From the sequence record SRR22947725_530: 41,071 nucleotides of DNA, one strand, 5' to 3'. Position numbers and translations under genes: made by a program. The notes beneath the pieces were generated by a model. It was given only the letters and a program-made list of their open reading frames with translations. It had not been told where the DNA came from and did not search any database. Of the stretch, positions 1 through 9,929 are shown piece by piece. The stretch's first letter is position 1. Every line of letters begins with the position of its first letter.

Positions 1-1
1 A

Positions 2-1162
2 AAAAAACATATTTCAAGAGTTATAAAAAAAATTGAACCACATGATAGCGTAGAAAGATTTGAAAAATTAGGTGTAAAAGTAATCCAAAATTATGGGAAA
101 TTTATTTCTAAAAATGAAGTGTTGGCAGGGGACCAATTAATTGTAGCTCGTAGATTTGTAATAGCTACAGGTTCTGAACCTTTAATCCCAAAAATTAAAG
201 GGCTTGATAAAGTAGAGTACTACACAAATAAAAATATTTTTGAAATTTCTGAATGCCCTAAACATCTAATTGTAATAGGAGGCGGTCCAATTGGAATTGA
301 AATTGCTCAAGCATATGCAAGATTAGGTGCAGCTGTTACAGTTTTAGATGCAACAAACATTTTGGATAACGATGATCCTGAAGCGGTGAGGGTCGTTATG
401 GCACAACTTGAAAAAGATGGTGTAAAGATTGTTGAGCATCAAGAAGTAACCTATATCGAAAAAGATAGTAATAATATAAAAGTGATTACATCTGATGAAA
501 CTATTTATAACGGATCTCATCTATTAATTGCAGCTGGTCGTGAACCAAATATTAAACACATAGATTTAGATATAGCTGGTGTAATTCAATCAAACAAAAA
601 TATAAAAGTTGATGCATTTTTGAAGACTTCAAATAAGCGTATTTTTGCAATTGGTGATGTGACTGGTGAGAGACAATTTACTCACACAGCAGAATATCAT
701 GCTGGAATAATTATAAAGTCAGCTGCCTTTGGATTGAAGGCTAAAGAAAAAAAATATCATATACCTTGGACGACTTATTTAGATCCTGAAATTTCTCAAG
801 TTGGATTAACGGAAAAGCAAGCATTCAATAAATATGGAAAAAGGGTAACTATAGTAAAGGTTGAATATAGTAATAATGATAGAGCTATTACAGAATTAGA
901 GCCTGTTGGGTTTGTGAAGGTAATGGTTTTCAAAGGTAGGCCAATAGGTGCTACTATAGTTGGCAAACATGCTGGTGAATTAATTCAAATTTGGTGTTTA
1001 GCAATATCAAGTAAATTGAAAATGACAGCAATTTCAGCAATGGTTTCGCCTTATCCAACGCTAGGTGAATTAAATAAAAGGGTCTCTAATGCGTATTTGG
1101 CTCCAAAGGTGCTAAATAGTCCTATAATTAAAAGATTTGTGCGTATAATACAGAGATTATAA
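2..1162 (+). CDS. FAD-dependent pyridine nucleotide-disulfide oxidoreductase (MerA/LpdA-like family), 5'-truncated by window edge
   Basis: Frame is open from position 2 (KKHISRVIKKIEPHDSVERFEKLGV...). Motifs IATGS, NAD-binding GGGPIGIE, AIGD and dimerisation-domain YPTLGE. No C-terminal Cys-Cys pair. Confidence 0.85.
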   Translation, partial: KKHISRVIKKIEPHDSVERFEKLGVKVIQNYGKFISKNEVLAGDQLIVARRFVIATGSEPLIPKIKGLDKVEYYTNKNIFEISECPKHLIVIGGGPIGIEIAQAYARLGAAVTVLDATNILDNDDPEAVRVVMAQLEKDGVKIVEHQEVTYIEKDSNNIKVITSDETIYNGSHLLIAAGREPNIKHIDLDIAGVIQSNKNIKVDAFLKTSNKRIFAIGDVTGERQFTHTAEYHAGIIIKSAAFGLKAKEKKYHIPWTTYLDPEISQVGLTEKQAFNKYGKRVTIVKVEYSNNDRAITELEPVGFVKVMVFKGRPIGATIVGKHAGELIQIWCLAISSKLKMTAISAMVSPYPTLGELNKRVSNAYLAPKVLNSPIIKRFVRIIQRL

Positions 1163-1167
1163 AATTT

Positions 1168-2184
1168 TTATACTATCATTCCTACAGCGTTTTTAACCTT
1201 TTTCAATATTGGAGCTGCAATTGCATCAGCCCGCATTGCACCGTCATTAAGTAACCGATCAATTTCAACAGGATCATCCATTAATCGTGCCATCTCTGAA
1301 GAAATTGGTGCCAAATGGTTTACTGCCAATTCAGCTAGGATTGGTTTAAATGTTCCAAATTGTTGACCGCCAAATTCTTTTAATACATCTGAGACAGAAG
1401 AGTCAGATAAGGCAGCATATATATTTACTAAATTACGTGCTTCTGGCCTATTTTCTAATCCTTTGGTTTCACTTGGGAGTGAATCAGGGTCTGTTTTAGC
1501 TTTTCGTATCTTTGAAGCAATCGTATCTGCATTATCTGTCATATTAATGCGACTTTTGTCAGATGGGTCAGATTTTGACATTTTTTTTGAGCCATCTCTC
1601 AATGACATGACGCGTGTGGCTGCACCTTCAATTATGGGTTCTGGTAAAGGAAATAACTCTAGACCATAATCATGATTAAATTTTGCTGCAATATCTCGTG
1701 TTAATTCAACATGCTGCTTTTGATCTTCTCCAACAGGCACATATGTGGCTTGATATGCTAATATATCGGCAGCCATGAGGGCTGGGTAAGCATATAAGCC
1801 AAGTGACATCTTCTCAGCATTTTTTCCAGCTTTGTCTTTAAATTGTGTCATGCGATTCATCCAACCTAGTCGTGTAACACAACTAAGAATCCAACCTAAC
1901 TCTGCATGAGCTGATACTTGGGATTGGTTAAACAAAATTGATTTATTAGGATCTAAGCCACAGGCGATATAGGCTGCAGCTAGTTCACGGGTTTGTGTTT
2001 TAAGGGCAATTGGATCTTGCCAAACAGTTATAGCATGTAGATCAACCATACAGTATATTGTTTCGATCCCACTATTTTGCATTTCAACAAAACGTTTTAC
2101 TGCACCCAGATAATTACCAAGTGTTAAGTTTCCTGAAGGTTGTATTCCCGAAAATACACGTTCTTTGAAGTTTGTTTCAGACAT
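1168..2184 (-). CDS. trpS: Tryptophan--tRNA ligase
   Basis: [26 protein letters not shown] and KMSKS class I synthetase motifs. GGAG upstream. Confidence 0.98.
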   Translation of the reverse strand: MSETNFKERVFSGIQPSGNLTLGNYLGAVKRFVEMQNSGIETIYCMVDLHAITVWQDPIALKTQTRELAAAYIACGLDPNKSILFNQSQVSAHAELGWILSCVTRLGWMNRMTQFKDKAGKNAEKMSLGLYAYPALMAADILAYQATYVPVGEDQKQHVELTRDIAAKFNHDYGLELFPLPEPIIEGAATRVMSLRDGSKKMSKSDPSDKSRINMTDNADTIASKIRKAKTDPDSLPSETKGLENRPEARNLVNIYAALSDSSVSDVLKEFGGQQFGTFKPILAELAVNHLAPISSEMARLMDDPVEIDRLLNDGAMRADAIAAPILKKVKNAVGMIV

Positions 2185-2271
2185 AGTAATTTTTCTCCGT
2201 CTGTATTAAATCTGTTTGATCTGCTTATCGCGGCTATTTTGCCAATGGTCAACTAAAGGACGCACCCTGAA

Positions 2272-2940
2272 ATGTTTAATCCAGATTTAAATCAAAAACC
2301 TATAAATGTAATGCCTAAATCCGTTATTTTACTAATATTTTTGGTAGCTTTTGTGGAGTTTGTTTTGCAGTTAGGACAAAAAGGATTAATCGGTGAACAA
2401 GCCTCAATAGGCTGGCGTATGGAATTAATTCAAAAATATGGATTTTTTGATGCAATCTTCGAGTGGATGCGCGATAACAATACATATAAATTTAATGATT
2501 TAATTAGATTCTTTACCTACAGTTTTATTCATAGAAGTTTTACAGAAATAATTTTTGTATTAGTTTTTATTGCTACGTTTGGTAAATTTATAGCTGAAGT
2601 TTATGGAGATATGGAGGTTGTATTAATTTTTATATTGAGTGGTGCAATCGGGGCTCTTGGTTTTGGAATATTTGCAAATGGAACACTCCTTGTTGGCGGA
2701 TACCCAGCGGTCTATGGTCTCATTGGTGCTTTCACTTGGGTGCAGTTTGCTATTCAAAGAATGAAAGGGGAAACAGGATTTCGAGCGTTTCACTTAATTA
2801 TATTTTTTATGATTATAGCATTAATTTATAATCTGGTTTACTCAAATAATAATAATGAATGGATAGCTGAGATAATTGGCTTTATTTCTGGATTTTGTAT
2901 TTCAATTCTAGTGAAATTTTTAAAAGCTGAGTTTATCTAG
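2272..2940 (+). CDS. Rhomboid-family membrane protein, apparently catalytically inactive
   Basis: About 6 hydrophobic segments. L1 'RFFTYSFIH' and TM4/TM6 patterns (GGYPAVYGLIG, AEIIGFISG) align with the rhomboid fold but lack the catalytic Ser and His. Confidence 0.8.
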   Translation: MFNPDLNQKPINVMPKSVILLIFLVAFVEFVLQLGQKGLIGEQASIGWRMELIQKYGFFDAIFEWMRDNNTYKFNDLIRFFTYSFIHRSFTEIIFVLVFIATFGKFIAEVYGDMEVVLIFILSGAIGALGFGIFANGTLLVGGYPAVYGLIGAFTWVQFAIQRMKGETGFRAFHLIIFFMIIALIYNLVYSNNNNEWIAEIIGFISGFCISILVKFLKAEFI

Positions 2941-3032
2941 CAGAGCTTTAACTAGAAAATTCGATAATTCTTTTGCTGTGTAAAAATCGATTATTTCTTA
3001 ATTTTTGATATACCAAATATTTTTAACTTCTA

Positions 3033-3260
3033 TTAAGCTTTAACCCATGTGTAACATTTAACAGTATCGCCAAATCCATCCATAACATCATTGCCCTTAG
3101 AATCTTTAACTGTTGTTAAAACACGGATCCTATTAGCAGAAGAATTCGCACCCGGTACTGTTACTGCCGGATCTACTTTAGTGGCTAATGATGCAGCAGA
3201 CGATACAGAAGCTATAGAAAGTGAAATGATGCTTAAAAGTGCTAATTTAGATAAATTCAT
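3033..3260 (-). CDS. Small hypothetical secreted protein (75 aa)
   Basis: ATG at 3260 preceded by a GGAGA Shine-Dalgarno. Signal peptide MNLSKLALLSIISLSIASVSSA. Fills an otherwise empty gap. Confidence 0.7.
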   Translation of the reverse strand: MNLSKLALLSIISLSIASVSSAASLATKVDPAVTVPGANSSANRIRVLTTVKDSKGNDVMDGFGDTVKCYTWVKA

Positions 3261-3352
3261 CTTAAGTCTCCAAAACATATATTAATTTTATTTTTATACA
3301 CTTAGTTTTGTTGGTAATAATTTACAACATAATAATGTATGTCACTTTTGTA

Positions 3353-4876
3353 TTATCCCCTTGTAAGGCCTTTTAAATCTTTCTTTGATACTACACCAAA
3401 TAAAATTATAAAAAATACATAACTTATTATACCTGACAATATTAAAATAACGAGCATGATGTAGCGAATGTTTGGCGTGTGTAAGCTGTTGTTTAAAAAA
3501 TACTGTACGATATAAATTATAAAACCCATTAAAATACTAGAAATTATTATGAATGGAAGGTTGTGTTTAAGGCGGTTATCAATTCGTGATGATTTACCCA
3601 TTTTTTTACAACCTTTCCACAATAGAAATATCATAGCCCATGAGGATATTGATGTACCAATAGCAGCAGCTAAAAACCCTATATAAAAAGATAAACCAAT
3701 AGCTAGACCTACGTTTAATATCATTGCTATTAATGCAAATTTAAATGGTGATTTAGTATCTTCTCGAGCAAAATATAGTGGTTGTAATACTTTTTGTAGA
3801 ACAAATGCAGGCAAGCCAAGGCCATAAATGGCTAATGCATGAGCAGTTGAGATTGAGTCTGCATTTGTGAATGCACCTCTTTCAAATAATACAGAAATTA
3901 ATGAAAGAGGAATAATTATCAAGGCAATTGCAGATGGTATTGTTAGCAATAAAGAAAACTCTAAAGCTCTATTAAATGCATTTTGCCCATCAGTACTATT
4001 TTTATTTATTAAAGTTCTAGATAATTCAGGAAGTAAAACTACACCTATTGCAATTCCAACAACGCCCAACGGAAGCTGATACAATCGGTCAGCATAATAT
4101 AACCATGCAAAAGCACCCTCAAAATAGCTAGCAACTTGACGACCTACTAACAAGTTTATTTGTACAACCCCGCCTGTAAAAATTGCGGGAATGGCTAAGA
4201 GAAATAATTTTTTAATATCAGGCGTAAATTTCGGCATCTGTAAGGTTAATTTTACCCCCAACCTTCTGACAGCAATATACACTAAACCCATCTGAGCAAT
4301 ACCAGCACAAAAAACTCCCCAAGAAAGTGTTATACCTGTATCCCAACCCATTTTTATAGATAAAATCATTGATAAAATTAATATGATATTTAGAATTACT
4401 GGTGCAGCCGCTGCTGCAATGAAATGTCTATGTGAATTTAATATGCCGCTAAATAAAGCAGTAAGTGATATGAAGATAATATATGGAAAAATAATTCGTG
4501 ATAATTCAACGGCTAATTCAAAACGGTCATTCCCTTCAAAACCACTTGCCATTGCGTAAACGAAATAAGGCATAAAGAGCTGTGATATTATTGTTAATAA
4601 AATCAATATACCTGCAAGCGTTGATAATGCCTGACTAGCAAACTCTTCATTACCATCCTGAGTCGCCAGTTTTTTTGTATATAAAGGAACAAACGCTAAA
4701 TTGAATGCACCTTCAGCAAAAAATCTTCGAAATAAATTTGGTAATGAAAAAGCTGCTTGAAAAGCTTCCGCTATTACACCTGTTCCAAGGTATGCAGCCA
4801 TCATTAAATCTCTGAATAATCCTGCAAAGCGACTTATTAATGTCCAGCCACTTACAGTTAAAAAAAATTTTATCAT
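3353..4876 (-). CDS. murJ: Lipid II flippase MurJ (MviN)
   Basis: SRFAGLFRD, AFSLPNLFRRFFAEGA and YYADRLYQLPLG motifs. Polytopic membrane protein downstream of glnD. Confidence 0.97.
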   Translation of the reverse strand: MIKFFLTVSGWTLISRFAGLFRDLMMAAYLGTGVIAEAFQAAFSLPNLFRRFFAEGAFNLAFVPLYTKKLATQDGNEEFASQALSTLAGILILLTIISQLFMPYFVYAMASGFEGNDRFELAVELSRIIFPYIIFISLTALFSGILNSHRHFIAAAAAPVILNIILILSMILSIKMGWDTGITLSWGVFCAGIAQMGLVYIAVRRLGVKLTLQMPKFTPDIKKLFLLAIPAIFTGGVVQINLLVGRQVASYFEGAFAWLYYADRLYQLPLGVVGIAIGVVLLPELSRTLINKNSTDGQNAFNRALEFSLLLTIPSAIALIIIPLSLISVLFERGAFTNADSISTAHALAIYGLGLPAFVLQKVLQPLYFAREDTKSPFKFALIAMILNVGLAIGLSFYIGFLAAAIGTSISSWAMIFLLWKGCKKMGKSSRIDNRLKHNLPFIIISSILMGFIIYIVQYFLNNSLHTPNIRYIMLVILILSGIISYVFFIILFGVVSKKDLKGLTRG

Positions 4877-7668
4877 GCCATTGAAGCCTCTGCACCAACT
4901 TCAATTGCTTCTTGGAGTTTTCCTTTAATAATTTGCTGCTTATTTTCAGATGTAATTTTTAATCCTATCATGTCTTTTACATAAAATACATCCACGGCTT
5001 GTGCTCCATAGGTCGCTATGACTGCACTTGCTATTTGTATGTTTGCATTAGCCAGCGTGCGCGTTAAATCAAATAACAAACTATGACGATCCCGGGTGTC
5101 TACTTCAATAATCGTGTATATGTCTGATCCTTGATTATCAAATGTAATATCGGTTGGAACTTTGAAGTTTCGCTCTCTGGGTTTATATTTATTTCGAACT
5201 TTCAAAACATCCCTGGCGATAACATCTCCTGCAAGGGTTTGATCAATTAATTTTTTCAGTTTTCCTAATTTTGAAAAATCAAAGGGCTTTCCATCGTTAT
5301 CTTGTATCCAAAATACTGGAGTAGCGTAGCCATCTGACGTGGTGTAAGTCCGAGCATCGATTACATTGGCATTTGCGAGCGCTATGGCTCCAGTAAGTCT
5401 CGAAAAAATACCTGGGTGATCTTGCATTACAAATTGAGCTCGAGTTGCATCACGGTCTTGGTCAACTTCAAAGTGGCTTTCAATTTTTTTACTGCCAAGG
5501 TTTTTAAATAAATTTGCAAATATAAATTGTGTATTAGTGTCTAGCCCTTGCCAATAAGCTGGGTAATGGCGCTTAATTTCTTCTTGAATAGATGATTCAT
5601 CCCAATTTTCCAATAATACCTTTAAGGAATTTCTAGCAATTAAATAAGGTTTATTTTTTCCTTGTGTATCAAGACCGCCTTTAATTAAGCTTCGAGTATT
5701 AGTGTAAAGTTCACGTAATAGTTGAGCTTTCCAATTATTCAGTGCGCCTGGACCGACTCCCATTATATCACAAACTGTCAAAACAGTAAGTAAGTTTAAA
5801 TTTGAAGTTGTTTTAACTATTTTTCCGAAGTTACTTACAGTTTTTGGATCTGATAAATCACGTTTTTGTGCAAAGTCAGACATCACTAAATGGTTTTCAA
5901 TTAACCAAACAACTCTGTCAGTTTCTGAAGTATTTAATCCCAACTCAGGAGCTATTTTTTTTGCGAGACTAGCGCCTGCAATTGAATGATCTTCGGGAAG
6001 CCCTTTGCCAATATCATGCAAAAGCATAGCAATGTATAAAACTCTTCTATCTACTCCAGATTTAAGTATTTTGGACGCAATTGGAAGTTCTTCTTTTAAG
6101 GTACCTTGTTCAATTCTTGCTAAAAAAGATATACATTGAATGGTATGCTCATCCACAGTGAAGCTGTGATAAAAGTTAAATTGCATTAAAGCAATTATAC
6201 GCTTAAATTCAGGAATAATTGCGCCTAAAACACCAAGCTCATTCATACGCCTCAACGCTCGTTCAGGATTTCCATAATCTAAAAGAAGTGACATAAATAT
6301 TCGCTGTGTTTCAGGATTTTTTCTTACTTTAGCAGTTATTTTTTTTAGATTTGCTGTAACAACTCTCATTGCATCTTGATGTATAAGAAGGCCAGTTTTT
6401 AAACCCTCTTCAAACAAGCGTAAGATATTTATTGGATCTTTAAGGAATGTAATAGGATCAACAATATTAATTCTTCCATGCTCTAATTGAAAACCATCAG
6501 ATACATTTCCATCAATATTTAACGTCCGCCAAAGTATATTTCTAAATCTATCGCCTAGAGATAAGGTTGATTTTAGTTGCTTAGCTTCAAGTGCAGTTAA
6601 GAATACACGAGTTAATTCCCCCACATGCGTAGCTTGGCGGAAATAGTCTTGCATAAACCGCTCGACACCACGCATTCCTTTGCCCCCTTTGTATCCAAAC
6701 CTTTTGGCAACTTCCACTTGGTGGTCAAAAGTCAATTGTTCAGATGCTCTATTAGCGCAAAGATGAAGGTGACATCTTACTGCCCATAAAAAATTATGAG
6801 CTACAAGAAAACTATTATATTCTTGTTGCGTAAAATAACCCTGGTCTATCATTTCTTTATGCGTTGAAGCATGGGCTACGTATTTAGTGATCCAGAAAAG
6901 AGATTGTAAATCGCGAAGACCTCCTTTGCCTTCTTTAACATTAGGTTCGACCATATATCGCTGTCCACCTTGACGTTCATGACGATTTGCACGTTCTTCT
7001 AATTTTTCTTCGACATATTCTGTTGCGCTAGCCTTAAATAAGTTTCTACGAAGTTTTCTATCAAAATCATCATATAAATTTTTATTACCACAAAGATAAC
7101 GATGTTCTAATAAAGCAGTCTTGATAGTTTGATCTGTTTTTCCCAATTGTATGCATTGATTTATGCTTCGTGTTGAGTATCCAATTTTTAAACGCATATC
7201 CCATAAAATATATAGCATATCTTCGATTATTTTTTGAATTCTGTTAGATGGTTTTGGGCGAGTTAAAAATAAAAGATCAACATCAGAATGTGGAGCCATT
7301 TCTGCACGACCATAACCACCTACCGCAATTATTGAGATGTAATCCAAAACAGTTTCGTTGCTTTTTGAGGATTGTAAAATGGTTTGAACCACATCAAAGG
7401 CAAAAGAAATTAAGCTATCTTTTAAAAAGCTATATGTTGCAATTGTTCTAGCTGATTCAAATGGTAACTTTTCAAATTGTTTTTGAATTTCTAAGCGTCC
7501 ATTAACATTCGCTTCATTTAAGATAGTTGCTATTGAAGAACGTAAATTATCCTTTGCCATTGTCTTAATGGCCGTATTAATTTTAGCGTTTAATTCAATC
7601 TTATTAAACAATACTTTTTCTGAACAAATTAACTTATCCGATTGGATAATTTCACTTTGTAATTTCAT
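4873..7668 (-). CDS. glnD: [Protein-PII] uridylyltransferase / uridylyl-removing enzyme
   Basis: NTase motif AVGGYGRAEMAPHSDVDLL, EPNVKEGKGGLRD, HD motif LLHDIGKG, two C-terminal ACT domains. Start placed at ATG 7668 with AGGAG upstream. Confidence 0.97.
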   Translation of the reverse strand: MKLQSEIIQSDKLICSEKVLFNKIELNAKINTAIKTMAKDNLRSSIATILNEANVNGRLEIQKQFEKLPFESARTIATYSFLKDSLISFAFDVVQTILQSSKSNETVLDYISIIAVGGYGRAEMAPHSDVDLLFLTRPKPSNRIQKIIEDMLYILWDMRLKIGYSTRSINQCIQLGKTDQTIKTALLEHRYLCGNKNLYDDFDRKLRRNLFKASATEYVEEKLEERANRHERQGGQRYMVEPNVKEGKGGLRDLQSLFWITKYVAHASTHKEMIDQGYFTQQEYNSFLVAHNFLWAVRCHLHLCANRASEQLTFDHQVEVAKRFGYKGGKGMRGVERFMQDYFRQATHVGELTRVFLTALEAKQLKSTLSLGDRFRNILWRTLNIDGNVSDGFQLEHGRINIVDPITFLKDPINILRLFEEGLKTGLLIHQDAMRVVTANLKKITAKVRKNPETQRIFMSLLLDYGNPERALRRMNELGVLGAIIPEFKRIIALMQFNFYHSFTVDEHTIQCISFLARIEQGTLKEELPIASKILKSGVDRRVLYIAMLLHDIGKGLPEDHSIAGASLAKKIAPELGLNTSETDRVVWLIENHLVMSDFAQKRDLSDPKTVSNFGKIVKTTSNLNLLTVLTVCDIMGVGPGALNNWKAQLLRELYTNTRSLIKGGLDTQGKNKPYLIARNSLKVLLENWDESSIQEEIKRHYPAYWQGLDTNTQFIFANLFKNLGSKKIESHFEVDQDRDATRAQFVMQDHPGIFSRLTGAIALANANVIDARTYTTSDGYATPVFWIQDNDGKPFDFSKLGKLKKLIDQTLAGDVIARDVLKVRNKYKPRERNFKVPTDITFDNQGSDIYTIIEVDTRDRHSLLFDLTRTLANANIQIASAVIATYGAQAVDVFYVKDMIGLKITSENKQQIIKGKLQEAIEVGAEASMA

Positions 7669-8851
7669 ACAGAAAAGCTCCTGATCCACCAAATCTAGTA
7701 GGCGCTGGAGAAATAATCCTTAATGCACCTGCAGATGCCTCTGCAACAGAAAGTGCACGTTGTGCAGAACCATTGTTCAACAATCTAAAGGCGCCACTTG
7801 CACCTTTAAAACCTTGAGGTCGTGTGATCTGTGATCGCTGTGCTGCATTTATATTTCCTTCACTTAGAAGTGTTGCTAATATCTTCATTCCATCATAAGC
7901 AAATCCTGCTAATGGATGTGGAGGATTTCCATAAACCTTTTTATAACGTTTGTTGAAACTGTTTATTGCTGCCCCGTCAGGTACCGTGAACCAACCATTT
8001 CTGAGCCCGGGAGTATTAAGTGTTGTTTGTGGGATATCCCACCTAGATAAGCCTAATACTTTTATATCTTTTATTGGTAAACCTTTAGCCAATAAAAATT
8101 CTGCTAAGAGAGGTAAGCCTGATGCACTATCTGCAGTTAACACCACTGCATCAGAACCAGATCTTCTTATTTTTCTTGTTATTTTGCGTGCATTATTTGC
8201 AATACCATCTGCTGAAAACGGGTAATTATATGAACCTACTAAATCCAAATCATTCGATTTTGCTGATAATCTAACTGCGTTAGCTGCAATACTTCCTGCC
8301 GTAGTATCAGGAGAAACAACTGATACTTTATTGTAACCTTTTTGAGATGCAAAACCTAATAATCGGTCTGCAGTATTTTGGAATGAATTTCCTAGAATAA
8401 AAACATTATTTCCTGCAATGCTAGAAGTATTTGAAAAGCTTAAAACGTTTATATTACTAGCAGCGGCAATTTTCCCAACAGATTTAGCAGATTCTGCAAA
8501 TAAGGGACCTATTATTAGTTTGACGTTTTGTGAAATAGCTTTTTTTGCAGCAGCCTCTGCTCTGAGTGGATCTCCAGCGGTTCCAAATATTAACATCTCA
8601 ATTTTAGCTTTTGGATGATCATTAATTGCCATTCTTGCTGCACGAATAAGATTTTGTGCTAGATCTTCCTGATTATCATCAGAAGAACCAGATGGAACAA
8701 GTAAGGCTACTTTGATAGTTGCTGAAGGATTTACAATTGGGCCATCATTGGCTTTTTGAACACTTAAATCCTGACAGGCTGTAATTGTTAAAGTTAAAAT
8801 GCAAATTATAACAATACGGGTAAGCTCTAATATTGATTTTTTTTTAATCAT
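7652..8851 (-). CDS. Penicillin-binding protein activator-like lipoprotein (type 1 periplasmic-binding fold, LpoA/LppC-like)
   Basis: Lipobox ITAC. VALLVP, IIGPLFA, LAGFAYDG, GFKGASGAFRL..NG..QRAL motifs. Typical position between glnD and rsmI. Confidence 0.85.
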   Translation of the reverse strand: MIKKKSILELTRIVIICILTLTITACQDLSVQKANDGPIVNPSATIKVALLVPSGSSDDNQEDLAQNLIRAARMAINDHPKAKIEMLIFGTAGDPLRAEAAAKKAISQNVKLIIGPLFAESAKSVGKIAAASNINVLSFSNTSSIAGNNVFILGNSFQNTADRLLGFASQKGYNKVSVVSPDTTAGSIAANAVRLSAKSNDLDLVGSYNYPFSADGIANNARKITRKIRRSGSDAVVLTADSASGLPLLAEFLLAKGLPIKDIKVLGLSRWDIPQTTLNTPGLRNGWFTVPDGAAINSFNKRYKKVYGNPPHPLAGFAYDGMKILATLLSEGNINAAQRSQITRPQGFKGASGAFRLLNNGSAQRALSVAEASAGALRIISPAPTRFGGSGAFLYEITK

Positions 8852-8960
8852 TCTTACTTCCTGTTAAAACAAGTGGTAACTTAGGTTAGCAATAGTCAAA
8901 AGATATTCTAAAGGCTATTAGATTACAACGGGTGGGCAATAACAATGAAAGAAAAATCTC

Positions 8961-9830
8961 ATGATTGTTAAGAAACTTGATTCGGGGCTACATATATTAG
9001 CTACACCTATTGGCACAGCAAATGATATTACAATTCGTGCTTTGAATATCTTACGTGATGCTGACATTTTAGTTGCGGAAGATACTAGAGTTCTTCGTAA
9101 ATTGATGGAGATACATGGAATTAATCTCAATGGAAGAAAAGTTCTTTCTTATCATGATCACAATGGTGAAGCGCAAAGACCTAAAATAATTGCACTTCTG
9201 ACTGAGGGTAAAGCTGTGGCCTATGCTTCAGATGCGGGAACTCCACTTATAGCTGACCCGGGATTTTCGCTTGCAAAAATTGCCATTCAAAATAATATTC
9301 GGGTTCATGCTGCTCCAGGCGCTAGCGCTGTATTAACGGCATTATGTTTGGCGGGATTGCCAACAGACAATTTTTTCTTTGGTGGTTTTTTAGGTTCAAA
9401 GTCTTCACAAAGATTGAAGAATTTAGAAAAAATACAAGATCTAGATGCAACCCTAGTATATTACGAATCTCCTAAAAGAACACTATCAACATTAAGGGAT
9501 ATTTCAAAAATTTTTGGAAATGGTAGGTCCATATCAGTATGCAGGGAAATGACAAAGAAATTTGAAGAGGTAATAAGGGGGAATGTAGATGAGGTAATTA
9601 ATGAAATTGAGTCACGCAACACTTTCAAAGGCGAAGTTGTAATTGTTATGGGTCCTCCATCAAAAAAAGAAATAAGTGATGATGACATAAGTTCTGCATT
9701 GAAAATTGCATTACAAGAATATCGCATAAAAGACGCTGCTTCGCAGATATCTGAGCAATTTGGTGTATCAAAAAAACGAACCTACGAAATAGCTTTAAAA
9801 ATAAAAACAGAATTTAATAAATCTAATTAA
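8961..9830 (+). CDS. rsmI: 16S rRNA (cytidine1402-2'-O)-methyltransferase
   Basis: ATPIG, AEDTR, SDAGTPLIADPG, YESPKR, REMTKKFEE motifs. Confidence 0.97.
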   Translation: MIVKKLDSGLHILATPIGTANDITIRALNILRDADILVAEDTRVLRKLMEIHGINLNGRKVLSYHDHNGEAQRPKIIALLTEGKAVAYASDAGTPLIADPGFSLAKIAIQNNIRVHAAPGASAVLTALCLAGLPTDNFFFGGFLGSKSSQRLKNLEKIQDLDATLVYYESPKRTLSTLRDISKIFGNGRSISVCREMTKKFEEVIRGNVDEVINEIESRNTFKGEVVIVMGPPSKKEISDDDISSALKIALQEYRIKDAASQISEQFGVSKKRTYEIALKIKTEFNKSN

Positions 9831-9929
9831 TAATTACAGAACTTTATGACAGTAAATTCAAACAAGAAAGCTTGCATCATTTTTGTCTATGCTTCATTTA
9901 GTTAAAATGTTTACTTTTTGGAGAATGCC

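Noticed and set aside
3091..3285. Plus-strand 64-aa ORF opposite the small secreted protein
   Set aside because: No RBS or recognisable features, while the minus-strand ORF has both an RBS and a signal peptide.
9871..9900. Possible RpoH-type promoter before gshB (CTTG...TTCATTT)
   Set aside because: The -10 match is too weak to distinguish from AT-rich background.
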